A program made the position numbers and the translations under genes. From positions 43,400,001 to 43,464,000 of the forward strand of contig NC_043014.1 of the NCBI RefSeq assembly GCF_006345805.1: a stretch of 64,000 bases of DNA. Reading direction: 5' to 3'. This document shows positions 49,812 to 63,454 of the stretch, piece after piece (positions within the stretch are counted from its first letter, which is position 1; each line of letters begins with the position of its first letter). The stretch is from Octopus sinensis (taxonomy: Eukaryota). Under the pieces are notes generated by a model, which did no database searches, had not been told where the DNA came from, and worked only from the letters and a program-made list of their open reading frames with translations.

Positions 49812-50030
49812 AGTTAAGTTAAGTTAAGTTAATTTTTTGGCTCAAAAAGCAAAAAGCAAGGCCATGTAGGGAGACATGGAGTTAAGTACAGGGTGGTGTT
49901 CATGCAAAGAGTTCAGGCCATTTGTGGTCAAGAGAGACTTTGAACCGAGCGGTCATCAGCATCTTCACTATCTCGTCTGGCAGCTTATTCCACAGATCCG
50001 CAACTCGGACGGAGAAAGCCCCTTGTGGAA
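49812..50030 (-). pseudogene. CR1/L2-type LINE 3' end
   Basis: RGAFSVRVADLWNKLPDEIVKMLMTARFKVSLDHKWPELFA* (stop 49900-49902), short 3' UTR and (TTAAC)n tail. Confidence 0.8.
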
Positions 50031-50666
50031 CCTCTAAGTCCTTTAAGTGTTGTGGTATCTCAATTAATACTAAGATCTGACTTAACTACTTATTGGTGAT
50101 GGCATCAGAGCCAAGGAAGTGATGAGTCATTTTGCTCTTCACTTCCATTGCATTGAGTATTTGTGTCATGACGACAATAGTGGTGTCATAGTCAAAATAG
50201 TTATGCCATAGTGCTTTTGGTATTGTGAGAATGGTCACATCTTTGTCTTTCATCTCTGGAAATCTAATCAGATAAGTACCCAGTTACGTCCTGCAGGTGA
50301 TTTATGTTGACCGTATTGCTACAGTACAAGAATTGTACTTTGTAGTCAGTCAAGATGGGAGAAATTATTATTGGCATGTTGAACAAAATGCCGAGTGGCA
50401 TTTGTTTCCACTTCTTTATGTTCTGAGTTCAAATCCTGCTGAGATCCAGTTTGCCTACTATCCGTTCATGGGTTGATAAAATGAGTTCCAGTCAAGTGCC
50501 GGGGGTGATTTAATCAACTGGTCCTCACCACTCAAAAGTGCTGGCCTTGGGCCAAAATTTTAAGCCATTATTGTTGTTGTTATTATTATCATTATTATTA
50601 TTATTATTATTATCATCATTATTATTATTATTATTATTATTATATTATTATTATATTATTATTATT

Positions 50667-51206
50667 GAGTGAGAGAGCAGTGACATGGGTAAAATATATG
50701 AAGCCCAGTATACCCATTATCACTACCTGTCTGATAAGGGTACACCAGGCACATGCATCACAACCATATGTGTGTGACATGGTGATCTCATATCAAGATA
50801 AACAGCTCATGACCTTGCAGGTGGGACTCAGTTAGAATTTTCTTCTGGTCGTGTAGCCCATCCCGCTCAAAAGGTCTCTGAATAAGGATTGTTTAAGGCT
50901 GTTGAACGAACCACCCATGTTTCCAAAGGTGAATTATCCAAACTTCCAAGAATTCCTTTCAAGACACGGCTATGATGCTCCCCCACTACTTCTGCTCGTG
51001 ATCAGAGATGCACATATTGTCAGCCACTAAGGGACATGCTCAACTGGTTATGGTCAAATAACTGACAAGCAATTCTGTGGTATTGAGCAGAATATTTGCT
51101 GTAGCCCATCTTTTATACCAAGACAAAACAATGTACATGATAACACTTCCAATCAGTTAAGATCAGAAGCCATGAGAGCCACTGTCTGGTACTGCATCAG
51201 GGCATT
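50667..51206 (-). mobile_element. Family F, second copy in (ATT)n
   Basis: Same ends as 6469-7024, small deletion near the left end. Confidence 0.75.
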
Positions 51207-51237
51207 TCTATCATTATTATTATCATCATCATCATCA

Positions 51238-51283
<46 letters not shown>

Positions 51284-52098
51284 AATCACCCACTACACTC
51301 TCGGAGTGGTTGGCGTTAGGAAGGGCATCCAGCTGTAGAAACACTGCCAGATCTGACTGGCCTGGTGCAGCCTTCGGGCTCCCCAGACCCCAGTTGAACC
51401 GTCCAACCCATGCTAGCATGGAAAACGGACGCTAAATGATGATGATGATGATGATGATTATTATTATTATTATTATAGACGTCGCACAGTATACAATATT
51501 TAGAGGTTGTTGGTTGAAGATATTGTGTCTACCAGGGGGGTTTGTACTGTTTGTCAAGTCCACAACAAGGACCTCAGACAGACAGTACTTTACACAAATG
51601 GACATGTGTATAAACTTTCAGCAAACGAAATTCAAGGCTTGGTTTCACTTCAATTTTTTGTTGGCGAGTCTTCAACATCACAACTTTTACTCAACTGCTT
51701 CTTACTAAAAATATGAAGCTTCATCTCAGATTATTACGTAGAGATGTGATAATCAAGTTAATACAGCACTGGAAATGTGTAATTGATTGGGAGCTGCTAT
51801 GCTATTGCAGGCATTGCATTATGCCTTTGGGTTATTGACTTAACGTAGATTTTGCCTATAGCTCTATACTTAACTTATATTACCTATGGATTTTGTAATT
51901 GATTGCCTACACTTGCCCGTGGCCTTATACTTAATTAGCTCTACTTGTATATTACTTCGTGTGTTTAACTATACTTGTCTAGGGTATTTATCACAGTAGA
52001 GTGTTGACAATGATTAAATGATTGGAAATAAAACTGGTGGGGGGGGGGGAGAAAAAAAAACCCTGAAAAGGTTGTTGAATTTAAGAGTTATTTAAGCT

Positions 52099-53030
52099 AG
52101 GCACAAGCTTGGCTGTGTGGTAAGAAGTTCGCTTCTTGGCCACATGGTTCTGGGTTCAACTCCACTGCCTGGCACCTTGGCCAAGTGTTTTCTACTATAG
52201 CTTTGGGCAAACCAAAGCCTTGTGAGTGGATTTAGTAGATGGAAACTGAAAGAAGCCTATCGTATATATATATATATGTGTGTGTGTGTTTGTTCTCTCA
52301 ACATCATTTGACAACTGATGCTGGTGTGTTTACATCCCCTGTAACTTAGCAGTTCGGCAAAAGTGACCGACAGAATAAGTACTAGGCTTACAAAGAATAA
52401 GTCATGGGGGTCGATTTGCTCAACTAAAAGTGGTGCTCCAGCATGGCTGCAGTCAACCGACTGAAACAAATAAAAGAATATATATGTTATAGATATCTAA
52501 TATCTTTTACTTGAAAGAAGCCCATTGCATGTGTGTGTGTGTGTGTGTGTGTGTGTTTGGCACCCAACATCACTTGACAACTGATGCTGGTGTGTTTACA
52601 TCCCTGTAACTTAGTGGTTCGACAAAAGAGACCAATAGAATAAGTACTAGGCTTACAAAGAATAAGTCCCCGGGTCGATTTGTTCAACTAAACGTGGTGC
52701 TCCAGCATGGCTGCAGTCAAATGACTGAAACAAATAAATAAAAGAGTAAAAGAATATATATGTTATAGATATCTAATATCTTTTACTTGGAAGAAGCCCG
52801 TTGCATGTGTGTATGTGTGTGTGTGCGTGCGTGTGTGTTTGTTCCCCCCACCACTGCTTGACAACTGGTGGTTGTGTATTTACATGGTTTACATCCCTGC
52901 AACTCAGCATTTCAGCAAAACTGACCCCAATAAGATAAATTCCAGGCTTAAAGAATAATAACAAGCTTTGGCGGCAATTTGTTTGACTAAACTTCTTCAA
53001 GGCGGTGCCCCAGCATGGCGGTGGCCTAAG
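52099..53030 (+). mobile_element. SINE A followed by two tandem copies of its 3' half
   Basis: Junction GAATATATATGTTATAGATATCTAATATCTTTTACTTG repeated near 52478 and 52753. Confidence 0.8.
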
Positions 53031-53382
53031 GATAGAAAAAGAAAAGAAAAACAAAACAAAACAAAACTATAACCTATGCTAATATGGTATTTTGTGATGA
53101 CACCATATTTATGAATTCGAGCGAGTTAATTAGTAATTTGTTCGTTAGAGGAAAAGCTAGTTTGTTCATTTTCATATACCCGTTTTTTTTTTTTTTTTCA
53201 TGGTAGCCTGCATTTGATGAATATAATTATTGAGGCATTTTTTTTTTTATCGTCAGAGGCCCGTCATGATATTAATGTTTACTTGTTTTTCCGCTGAGTG
53301 ATCTCTTATTCCACATGACTTCAAAGCTCAAAGCCTGCAGGAGGTAGTTTTGCCGAAATGGGAGCAACACAAACAAACAAAG

Positions 53383-53425
<43 letters not shown>

Positions 53426-53622
53426 CATGTGTGTGTGTGTGTAGCTAATAGTGAGGGATTATCCGTCTTGGCAAAATATTTTTATTAGCTCTCTGTTGGT
53501 ACACCAGCCTAACAATATTGTTTAACTCTCAAGTATTCTTATGTTAGATTACTGGAAACAGCTGTAAGCCAAATTTGCTCTAATAAAGGGAAAATATGTA
53601 GTGACCACTATCTATAACTTGT

Positions 53623-53670
<48 letters not shown>

Positions 53671-53782
53671 CACACACACACACATGCATATATAGTTGAA
53701 ATTTACAGATAATCAAAACATGAAGACAGGTGTATAAACAACAAGCAGGTGTATTAGTTTGACACTCAGGAAAGTGAGAAAG

Positions 53783-53820
53783 TTTTTTACATTTCGAACC
53801 TATGCTCTTTAACAGATAGG
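53783..53820 (-). ncRNA. Decayed family R hammerhead-like motif
   Basis: Minus strand CCTAT-CTGTTAA-A-GAGC-ATAG-GTTC-GAAA-TGTA-AAAAA within a 53690-53870 repeat homologous to 20840-21040. Confidence 0.45.
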
Positions 53821-55024
53821 AACATGAGGAAATAAACAGAGAATAAAAAAAAAACTTGTGGATTTAGCGATCAGTCACACACACACACACACACACATGC
53901 ACGTGTGTTTGTGTTTGTGTGTGTGTGTGTGTATGTGTGTGTAGGTATGGCTATATGGTTAAGAAGTTTGCTTCTGGACCTTATGGTTTTGGGTTCAGTC
54001 CTACTGTATGGCACCTTGGTCTTATACTAAAGCTTTGGGCTAACCAAAGCCTTGTGAATGGATTTAGTAGACAAAAGTTTAAAGGGGTGTGTGTGATTGC
54101 TTCCCCTTATCTTGACATCATGTAATAGTTGTAAATGAGCATCACTGTCATACAAGCAGTGTCTTTCACAGCATGACCACAGTTCTATGACTGAAGCCAG
54201 GAAAAGAGCCAAAAAATATAGTTTACTGGTTTTCTTTTTTTTTTCTTTTTGTTTTAATTAAAAGTGATTAGTTACAGTATATGACTGAGCAGACACAAAG
54301 AGTAAAATGATAAAATAAATTAACTGGGTAAGAATTGAAACCTGGCCTACAAAATCTGATTTGCTTGAATTATATTATGCTAGAGTAAATAAAACTATAT
54401 TCAAGATATATATGGTTGAGTTATTTATCAGAATTATCATTACTATTAATCTGGTGAATTTTAATCTCCAGTTTACTGACACTGTCTCATTGTAATAGTT
54501 TTAATTTATATTTTGTGCAAAGTTCAAGTTTCAAGGCTGGTTTATTTCCGATAAAATCAAATTTCATTCAGAGACACTAATTTCTTGTTTTAGAGTTACT
54601 TGCCCTTTGAGCTGTGAAGATTTGAAAGAGTTAATGGTTTGATCTCTTATCATAATTTCATTTCTTCATGTTAACTTTCTGCTCACTTTACAGTGGCCAG
54701 TGACTCTATCTGTGTTACAGTTCAGAAATTAGGTTGTTAGAAAAACACAAACAAAAGTTCAAATGTAGCCGTGACAAGCTGCTCTTCAGATCCCAGTCTG
54801 TTCAACAGCTTTTACCTAATTTATGGTTAAGAATGTGTGTGTGTTTGTGTACCATGTTTGCTTTAGAACATGTGCTTCTATGAATTGGTGTTGATTTCTT
54901 AATTTATTATTTTCTTGCCTCCATGTTGGCATAGAAATTCTAAATTTAAAAGTGAAAGTAATAAAATATATTCCGCGCTCTCTCTTTCTCAGACACACAG
55001 TTCATTGGTGCTGAATCTTCACAT

Positions 55025-55441
55025 ACTCTTTACTCTTTTACTCTTTTAATTGTTTCAGTCATTTGGCTGCGGCCATGCTGGAGCACCACCTTTAGTCGAG
55101 CAACTCGACCCCAGGACTTATTCTTTTGTAAGCCCAGTACTTATTCTATCGGTCTCTTTTTGCCGAACTGCTAAGTGACGGGGACATAAACACACCAGCA
55201 TCGGTTGTCAAGCAATGCTAGGAGGACAGACACAGACACACAAACACGCACACATATATATATATATATATATGTACATATATACGACGGGCTTCTTTCA
55301 GTTTCCGTCTACCAAATCCACTCACAAGGCTCTGGTCGGCCTGAGGCTATAGTAGAAGACACTTGCCCAAGGTGCCACGCAGTGGGACTGAACCCGGAAC
55401 CATGTGGTTGGTAGGATATCTACTTACCACACAGCCACTCT
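55025..55441 (-). mobile_element. SINE family A, full length
   Basis: Standard head, body and tail. Confidence 0.85.
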
Positions 55442-55526
55442 ACTCAAAATTTCTTATTGCTAATCTTAAGACGATTACGAAAAACAAAACAAAACAGAAA
55501 AGGAATTTGGCATTTAATGATCATGT

Positions 55527-55557
<31 letters not shown>

Positions 55558-56080
55558 TTTTATTTTTGTAACTGTCTGCAGATCAGCAACAAGAAACTTG
55601 GAACAATAATTTGTGAAGTGTCAGCTTCCAGTTAATTAATATCATACTATTTTTAGTAATGCGTCCTCTTTTTTTTTAATTCTTCTTGATTACTCTAACA
55701 TTTGTGCATGCACCTCTCCCCACCACCCCCTATCTATTTACATTATTGTTGATTTACCATAATTGTTGGCATAAATGTCACAGAAGCACATTTGATGAAA
55801 TCCGATTTCAAAAGTACATCTTCAAGGATAAAACAGTTTTAGCATAATGAAGCTTATGGAAAGCCCATAACGATCTGGGATGATTTTTCTTTGAGATATT
55901 CTTTGGAGAAAAAATGCATCTTATATGACCATCAAAGACATTTTTATGTATTTATAGAATTAGTTTTGGAGCAATAATTCTTATTGCTAAATACCCTTCC
56001 TATCATTGTTTAAAGCTGAAATAAAACCTATATTATCAATTACACAAACGGAAATAATTATGTTCAGACTTTTCTTTACA

Positions 56081-56438
56081 TAGGCGCAGGAGTGGCTGTG
56101 TGGTAAGTAGCTTGCTTACCAACCACATGGTTCCGGGTTCAGTCCCACTGTGTGACACCTTGGGCATGTGTCTTCAATTATAGCCTCCGGCTGACCAAAG
56201 CCTTGTGAGTGGATTTGGTAGACGGAAACTGAAAGAAGCCCATTGTGTGTGTGTGTCTGTGTTTGTACCCCCACCATCGCTTGACAACCGATGCTGGTGT
56301 GTTCACGTCCCCGTAACTTAGCGGGAAAAGAGACCGGTCGAATAAGTACTAGGCTTACAAAGAATAAGTCCCGGAGGTCGATTTGTTCAACTAAAAGGCG
56401 GTGCTCCAGCATGGCCGCAGTCAAATGACTGAAACCAA
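56081..56438 (+). mobile_element. SINE family A, full length
   Basis: Standard; inverted relative to 55025-55441. Confidence 0.85.
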
Positions 56439-56555
56439 AAAAAAAAAAAAAAACCCTTTAGCTTTTAAACCGGTGATATCTGGCCTAAATATTCTATCTG
56501 TTTTTCCTTCAAACTGGCTAGATCTGGTTTCTCACATCAACCCTACATTGTCATT

Positions 56556-56940
56556 GTGGAAGCACTCCGTCGGTTACGACGACGAGGGTTCCTGTTGATC
56601 CGATCAACGGAACAACCTGCTCGTGAAATTAACGTGTAAGTGGCTGAGCACTCCACAGACACGTGCACCCTTAACGTAGTTCTCGGGGATATTCAGCGTG
56701 ACACAGAGAGTGACAAGGCCGGCCCTTTGAAATACAGGTACAACAGAAACAGGAAGTAAGAGTGAGAGAAAGTTGTGGTGAAAGAGTACAGCAGGGATCA
56801 CCACCATCCCTGCCGGAGCCTCGTGGAGCTTTTAGGTGTTTTCGCTGAAGAAACACTCACAACGCCCGGTCTGGGAATCGAAACCGTGATCCTATGACTG
56901 CGAGTCCGCTGCCCTAACCACTGGGCCATTGCGCCTCCAC
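56556..56940 (-). mobile_element. Mosaic SINE: family E 5' half plus family D 3' half
   Basis: TSD ACATTGTCATT at 56545-56555 and 56941-56951; sits inside a family G MITE. Confidence 0.85.
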
Positions 56941-57848
56941 ACATTGTCATTATAAAAGTAAACACTCACTTCATTGAACTTTTTGAAGTTATGAGATAAT
57001 TCATGACAAATTCACAGCAGTGTGAATAAATAAGCATTACATTTGTCAGACTAATCTGAACACAAAAGGTTTAAGGTACATAATGAATTGCAGTCTGGGA
57101 AAGTGTGTCACTATACCTAGCATTAGTTTACACTTCAAAAAAGGCCTTTTGACAGGATATTACACTTCATAATCTGGTTGTCTCTAAGCCATGTGTAGAT
57201 GAATGATTTGAGAGCTGTGCAAGTCATCATCAAGCAAGGTGAGAACTAGCAGTGAGTTCATTCAGGGATTTAGGGAGCAGGCAAGTGTCTCTTTTACTTG
57301 TTTCAGTCATTTTGACTTCGGCCATGCTGGAGCACCGCCTTTAGTCGAGCAACTCGACCCCAGGACTTATTCTTTGTAAGCCCAGTACTTATTCTATCGG
57401 TCTCTTTTGCCGAACCGCTAAGTGACGGGGACGTAAACACACCAGCATCGGTTGTCAAGCAATGCTAGGGGACAAACACACACATACACATATATATATA
57501 CATACATATATACGACAGGCTTCTTTCAGTTTCTGTCTACCAAAGTCAAACTTCAGTTCTCAGTTTCTGCTTGTTTGCTTTAGTTCTCCAGGCCATAATG
57601 GAAATATTTCAGACTGGCTGTCATTGAGGAATCGCATGTAGATGACCTAATTGTCATAACTGAATCTATCAAAGAATTAGAAATGAAGTTCCATGCATTG
57701 AAGCAAAAACTAAAATGGGGGAAACCACTAAGTTAAACTTAGCCATCAAAAGTTTTATTCAACTGGAAAGAAGACAGGTTTGTACTGTCATCAGAGAGGT
57801 GACCACGTTTAGTTTATAGAAAAGGCGTTCATATATATAAGGTGCTGT

Positions 57849-58196
57849 ATTGTTGTTGTTGTTGTTGTTGTTCATCCTTTAGAAGGAACAGTTGTTTGTT
57901 CCTTCTCGAGCCATGCCTGGCTCATAAGGGACGGTTTCCCAGTTTCCTTGGCGTATAGGTTCTCCACCTGGACAGGAAGCTGGTCCGTCGCAGGTGAGCT
58001 GCAAGATGCAGGAGGAAAGAGTGAGAGAAAGTCGTGGCGAAAGAGTCAGCAGAAGTTCGCCATTACCTTCTGCCGGAGCCACGTGGAGCTTAGGTGTTTA
58101 CGCTCATAAACACACTTATCGCCCGGTCTGAGATTCAAACCCATGATCCCTTGACCGTGAGTCTGCTGCTCTAACCACTAGGCCATGTGTCTCCAC
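57849..58196 (-). mobile_element. SINE family E inserted in the RTE remnant
   Basis: TSD AGGTGCTGT at 57840-57848 and 58197-58205. Confidence 0.85.
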
Positions 58197-58659
58197 AGGT
58201 GCTGTGTAGTAAGTATAAAATATGGGTGCACAAAGTTGTATTGGAATAGCAGGTTGACCAAAGGAGAAGAAAGACTTCGTATAGGACTCATGGACAAAGG
58301 TAGTTAGCTGTGGGAGCAAGAATACTCTTTAGAAGTAGTTGATAGTTTCTGTTACTTCAGTGACCTAATTAGCAGTGGAGGTGGATGTTCTGAAAGGATA
58401 GTTACCAGATTTGAGAATGTGGTGGCAGAAGTTTTTCAGTGACCTAATTAGCAGTGGAGGTGGATGTTCTGAAAGGATAGTAACCAGATTGAGAATGTGG
58501 CGGCAGAAGTTTATGGATCTGTTCTCTCGTGACAAGAAGGAGATTCTCTTTCTTATTCAAGAGGATAGATTGTGTGATGCGAAAGTGTGAAGTGTGAGAG
58601 TAGTGAAACATGGGCATTGGCTGTGGAGAATGTGTTAAGACCGGAAAAAAGGAACAAAG

Positions 58660-59053
58660 TGAATTTGTGATACCAGTGCCGGTGGCACGTAAGAAAGCCA
58701 TCCGAACATGGCTGTTGCCAGCGCCGCCCCGACTGGCCTCCGTGCCGGTGGCATGTAAAAAAGCACCATCCGATCCTGGCCGTTGCCAGCCTCGTCTGGC
58801 CCCCATGCCGGTGGCACGTAAAAAGCACCATCCAATCATAGCCGTTTGCCAGCCTTGTCAGGCACCTGTGCAGGTGGCACGTAAAAAGCACCCACTACAC
58901 TCACAGAGTGGTTTGCGTTAGGAAGGGCATCAAGCTGTAGAAACACTGCCAGATCAGACTGGAGCCTGGTGCAGCCTTCTGGCTTCCCAGACCCCAGTCG
59001 AACTGTCCAACCCATGCTAGCATGGAAAGCGGACGTTTAAATGATGATGATGA
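58660..59053 (+). mobile_element. SINE family C inserted in the RTE remnant
   Basis: Internal GGTGGCACGTAAAAAGCACC modules and (GAT)n tail. Confidence 0.85.
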
Positions 59054-59339
59054 ATGCCTGTACTATTAGCATGCATGGCCAACAAAGTAAAAATGGAGTG
59101 AGGATAAGAATGGATGTGAGAAGAATCAGATGGTGTATGATGGTAATGATATGTGATAAATATGGTGGTTTACAGTTGGGTAAAGAAATGCTGAGCAATT
59201 CAAGTGGATGAGGACTGAACCTCATGAAGGATACCACAAAGGACTACAAAAAAGAAAAGGTAGCAAGTTGTGCCGGAGAAAGAAGACCCACCCAATCTAT
59301 TGCAAGTGTGGTGGGGGGAGATGTACAATGACGATAAGC

Positions 59340-59536
59340 TCTTTTACTCTTTTACTTGTTTCAGTCATTTGACTGCAGCCATGCTGGAGCACCGCCTTTA
59401 ATCGAGCAACTCGACCCCGGGACTTATTCTTTTGTAAGCCCAGTACTTATTCTATCGGTCTCTTTTGCCGAACCGCTAAGTAACGGGGACGTAAACACAC
59501 CAGCATCAGCAATGCTAGGGGACAAACACACACACG

Positions 59537-59574
<38 letters not shown>

Positions 59575-59725
59575 TACGACGGGCTTCTTTCAGTTTCCAT
59601 CTACCAAATCCACTCACAAGGCTTTGGTCGGCCCGAGGCTATAGTAGAAGACACATGCCCAAGGTGCCACGCAGTGGGACTGAACCCCGGAACCATGTGG
59701 TTGGTAAACAAGCTACTTACCACAC
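59340..59725 (-). mobile_element. SINE family A, full length
   Basis: Standard head, body and tail. Confidence 0.85.
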
Positions 59726-60270
59726 AGCCGCCGCTCCTGCGCCTGTATTTTTATCAGTGAAATCTTTCTTCCGCCGGCCGTTGTCTATTTTTGTTCTTTT
59801 CCTCTGTAAATACAAGCATTTACCAAGTCTGCATGAATGTACATATCAACCATGTCCTCATTCATTAGATGTCTTGTTTGATATAAGTTCAAGTGTCCTG
59901 TGTTAAGAGCCTTTCAAGTAAATCACTTACCATTCAACAACAACAACAACTCACCAGGTTTGTTGTTGTTCTAAAAATAGCCGTCGTTGAATGACTTCTA
60001 TTTGAGTAACAGAATGATGTAATTAAGCCGACAGGTGATTACAAACTTTACTGACATGTCACTCAAATCCATCCCATCTCAGGTGGTTTGTTTTTGATTA
60101 CTGTTACCTTTTTTTTTATTTTATCTTTCCTAATGTGATTAATGCTGTATTTTTTTTTCAAATTTTTTTTGTCATTGCTTTTTATTGATAAACTTGGTTT
60201 AGATCCATAAGAAATGAAAAAACCAGAAGTGGATGTATCCTGACTGGTAATTTGGTGTGGATTGCATTAG

Positions 60271-61175
60271 ACACTAGATTTGTCAGCCGAGAATGAGCTT
60301 ATGGTTTTATACAGGTATTTTACAGGTATTTTAGATTGGACATTAGAAATCAGCAGGATCAGTCTTTCCACTCACAGAGTTGGCTATAACTTGTTTATGT
60401 ATTTATTTTAGACCACATTATTCAGTATGAGAGTTATTTAGCTGCTATTTCTAGCACACTGAGAGATCACATGGAGGTCACTCAAAAGTTGGATTCATGT
60501 TCTTTATACACTAGATTTGTCAGCTGAGAATGAGCTTATTGTATTATACAGGTATTTTACAGGTATTTTAGATTGGACGCTAGAAATCAGTTGGATCAGT
60601 CTTTCCACTCACAGAGTTGGCTATAACTTGTTTATGTCTTTATTTTAGACCACATTATTCAATATGAGAGTTATTTAGCTGCTATTTCTAGCACACTGAG
60701 ATCTTTACACACTAGATTTGTCAGCTGAGAATGAGCTTATTGTATTATACAGGTATTTTACAGGTATTTTAGATTGGATGCTAGAAATCAGCTGGATCAG
60801 TCTTTCCACTCACAGAGTTGGCTATAACTTGTTTATGTATAAATTTTAGACCACATTATTCAGTATGAGAGTTATTTAGCTGCTATTTCTAGCACACTGA
60901 GAGATCACATGGAGGTCACTCTTGGTTTCATGTTCTTTACACACTAGATTTGTCAGCTGAGAATGAGCTTATTGTATTATACAGGTATTTTACAGGTATT
61001 TTAGATTGGACGCTAGAAATCAGCTGGATCAGTCTTTCCACTCACAGAGTTGGCTATAACTTGTTTATGTATTTATTTTAGACCACATTATTCAATATGA
61101 GAGTTATTTAGCTGCTATTTCTAGCACACTGAGAGATCACATGGAGGTCACTCAATTGTTGGTTTCATGTTCTAT
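60271..61175. repeat. About 237-bp tandem repeat, about 4 units
   Basis: ACACTAGATTTGTCAGC starts at 60271, 60508, 60709, 60941; unit 2 has an about 36-bp deletion. Confidence 0.9.
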
Positions 61176-61219
61176 GTAAACTAAAGGTTTGATTCCCATT
61201 TTGCATCATTCTTGCAAAA

Positions 61220-61490
61220 GCGGAATTGGCACTCTGTAGGTTACGATGATGATGTTCCAGCTGTTTTGATCAAGCAAGGAGCCTGCTTGTGAAATTAACA
61301 TACAAGTGGCTGAGCAATCCACAGACGCGCATACGCTTAACTTAGTTGTCAGGGAGGGAGATTCAATGTGACTAGGCTGGCTCTTTGAAATACAGCCACA
61401 ACACATTTTGGCCAGCTGGGTGGATTGAACCAACGTGAAATTAAAAGAGTCTTGCTCAACGCCTAAATGCTCCATGGAGAAATCAAACTT
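61220..61490 (-). mobile_element. Degenerate SINE family D
   Basis: Homologous to 3152-3478. Confidence 0.65.
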
Positions 61491-61629
61491 ACAACCTTAA
61501 GATTGCAAACCGCATACCCTACCTAACCACTAAACTACGCGCCTTCGCTCCAAGTGATGTTGGAAAATGAAAAAAATATTACAACTACAATTTTCATTTT
61601 ATTAAAAAAAAATTTTTTTTTTACATCAG

Positions 61630-61989
61630 CATCAAAAAATCAAATGGAAATTGTTGTGATACCTGTGCCGGTGGCACATAAAAAGCAAGCACCATCCGAA
61701 TGTGGCCGATGCCAGCACTGCCTTGACTGGCTTCTGTGCCCGTGGCACGTAAAAAGCACCAACCGATCTTGGCCGTTGCCAGCCTCGCCTGGCCCCTCTG
61801 CCGGTGGAACGTAAAAGGAACCCACTACACTCACAGAGTGGTTAGCATTAGGAAGGGCATCCAGCTGTAGAAACACTGCCAGATCAGACTGGAGCCTGGT
61901 GCAGCCTCCTGGCTTCCCAGGCCTCAGTCGAACCGTCCAACCCATGCTAGCATGGAAAACGGACATTAAACGATGATGATGATGATGAT
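61630..61989 (+). mobile_element. SINE family C
   Basis: AAAAAATCAAATGGAAATTG start shared with 38630; (GAT)n tail. Confidence 0.85.
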
Positions 61990-62387
61990 CACAATTTCTC
62001 TTTTCACTATTGCTTGTTATTTTCCTTTTCTTCCTGGCAAATGTCCTCTCATTGTTCGCTGTTGTGTTTAAAGTATATTTTAAGCTCTGTTCTATTTTTG
62101 AAGCCTCCTCAGACTCTTAACAATATTAGAATATCTACACTGTAACTCGAAAGACAGACAGTCAGGCGTGTCTGCACTTTGTTCTTCGTTTGAAGATATT
62201 CATTTTGCACTAAATGTCTTACAGTAAACAAACAAATTTATTTTATCTTATTTCATTTTTATTTGAAAAGAAATTTTTTTTTTTTTCCCCCCCATTTATC
62301 TATTAATTTTCTCATCGTTCAATATGTCTTTCATGAACTTAATGAAGACATTTTCGAAAATTCCAACAAAATTAAGCTTTGTGTTCA

Positions 62388-63080
62388 TACTTTATTCTTT
62401 TACTTGTGTCAGTCATTTGACTGCGGCCATGCTGGAGCACCGCCATTTGGTCGAACAAATCGACCCCCAGGACTTATTCTTTGTAAGCCTAGTACTTATT
62501 CTATCTGTCTCTTTTGCTGAACTGCTGAGTTACAAAGATGTAAACACACCAACACTGGTTGTCAAGTGATGGTGGGAGGAGAAACACACACATATATATG
62601 ACAGGCTTCTCTCAGTTTCTGTCTTCCAAATCCACTCACAAGGCACTGGTTGGCCCGAGGCTGTAATAAAAGACACTTACCCAAAGTACCATGCAGTGGG
62701 ACAGAATCTGGAATGATGTGGTTGGAAAGCTCACTTCTCAAGCACATGGTTCCAGATTCAGTCCCACTGCATGGCACCTTGGGCAAGTGTCTTCTACTAC
62801 AGCCTCGGGCCAACCAAAGCCTTTGTGAGTGGATTTGGAAGACGGAAACTGAGAGAAGCCTGTTGTATATATCTGTATATATTTGTACTTGTCCTCCCAC
62901 CATCATTTGACAAACAATGTTGGTGTGTTTACATCCCCGTAACTTAGCAGTTCAGCAAAATAGAGTGATAGAATAAGTACTAGGCTTACAAAGAATAAGT
63001 CCTGAGGTCCATTAGTTCGACAAAAGGTGGTGCTCCAGCATGGCCACAGTCAAATGACTGAAGCAAGCAAAAGAATAATA
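62388..63080. mobile_element. Head-to-head SINE A pair
   Basis: Minus copy 62388-62740, plus copy 62742-63080. Confidence 0.8.
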
Positions 63081-63454
63081 GAAAGAATTTAATTCAATAT
63101 AGCTGAAGAATATCAAAGGTTTTATTTATATTTCATCTAGTTTCAGCTCACGTGCTGTGGCCATGCTGGGGCACCACCATTTGTGTTGCGTCATTTCCAT
63201 TTACATAACTTTCATGAGTGATATTAAGTGAAAAGAAATAGCTACAAGATAGGAGTGAAAACCAGATTTAAATGACTGAATTGTGTGTTGTCCCTTATAT
63301 TTATTATAAACTTAAATTCTGCTTTAATTTATTTTGATTTCTCTTCAGTTTTTCAAATGCCAAGTTTGTTTGACCCTTCAGTGTTTAAACTGGCCATTTC
63401 AGGAAAGAAAGAAAAATTAGGGTTAGGAAAAGGAAGGGCTGTAGAAAATCTGTC

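Larger units (their letters stand above)
57571..59310 (+). pseudogene. Decayed RTE LINE ORF2 (RT domain to C-terminus), split by SINE E and SINE C
   Basis: FALVLQAIMEIFQTGC, HVDDLIVITESIKELEMKF (YADD box), CSKYKIWVHK, LEVVDSFCYFSDLISSGGGCSERIVTR, SSETWAL; frameshifts and a 79-bp tandem duplication at 58358/58437. Confidence 0.8.
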
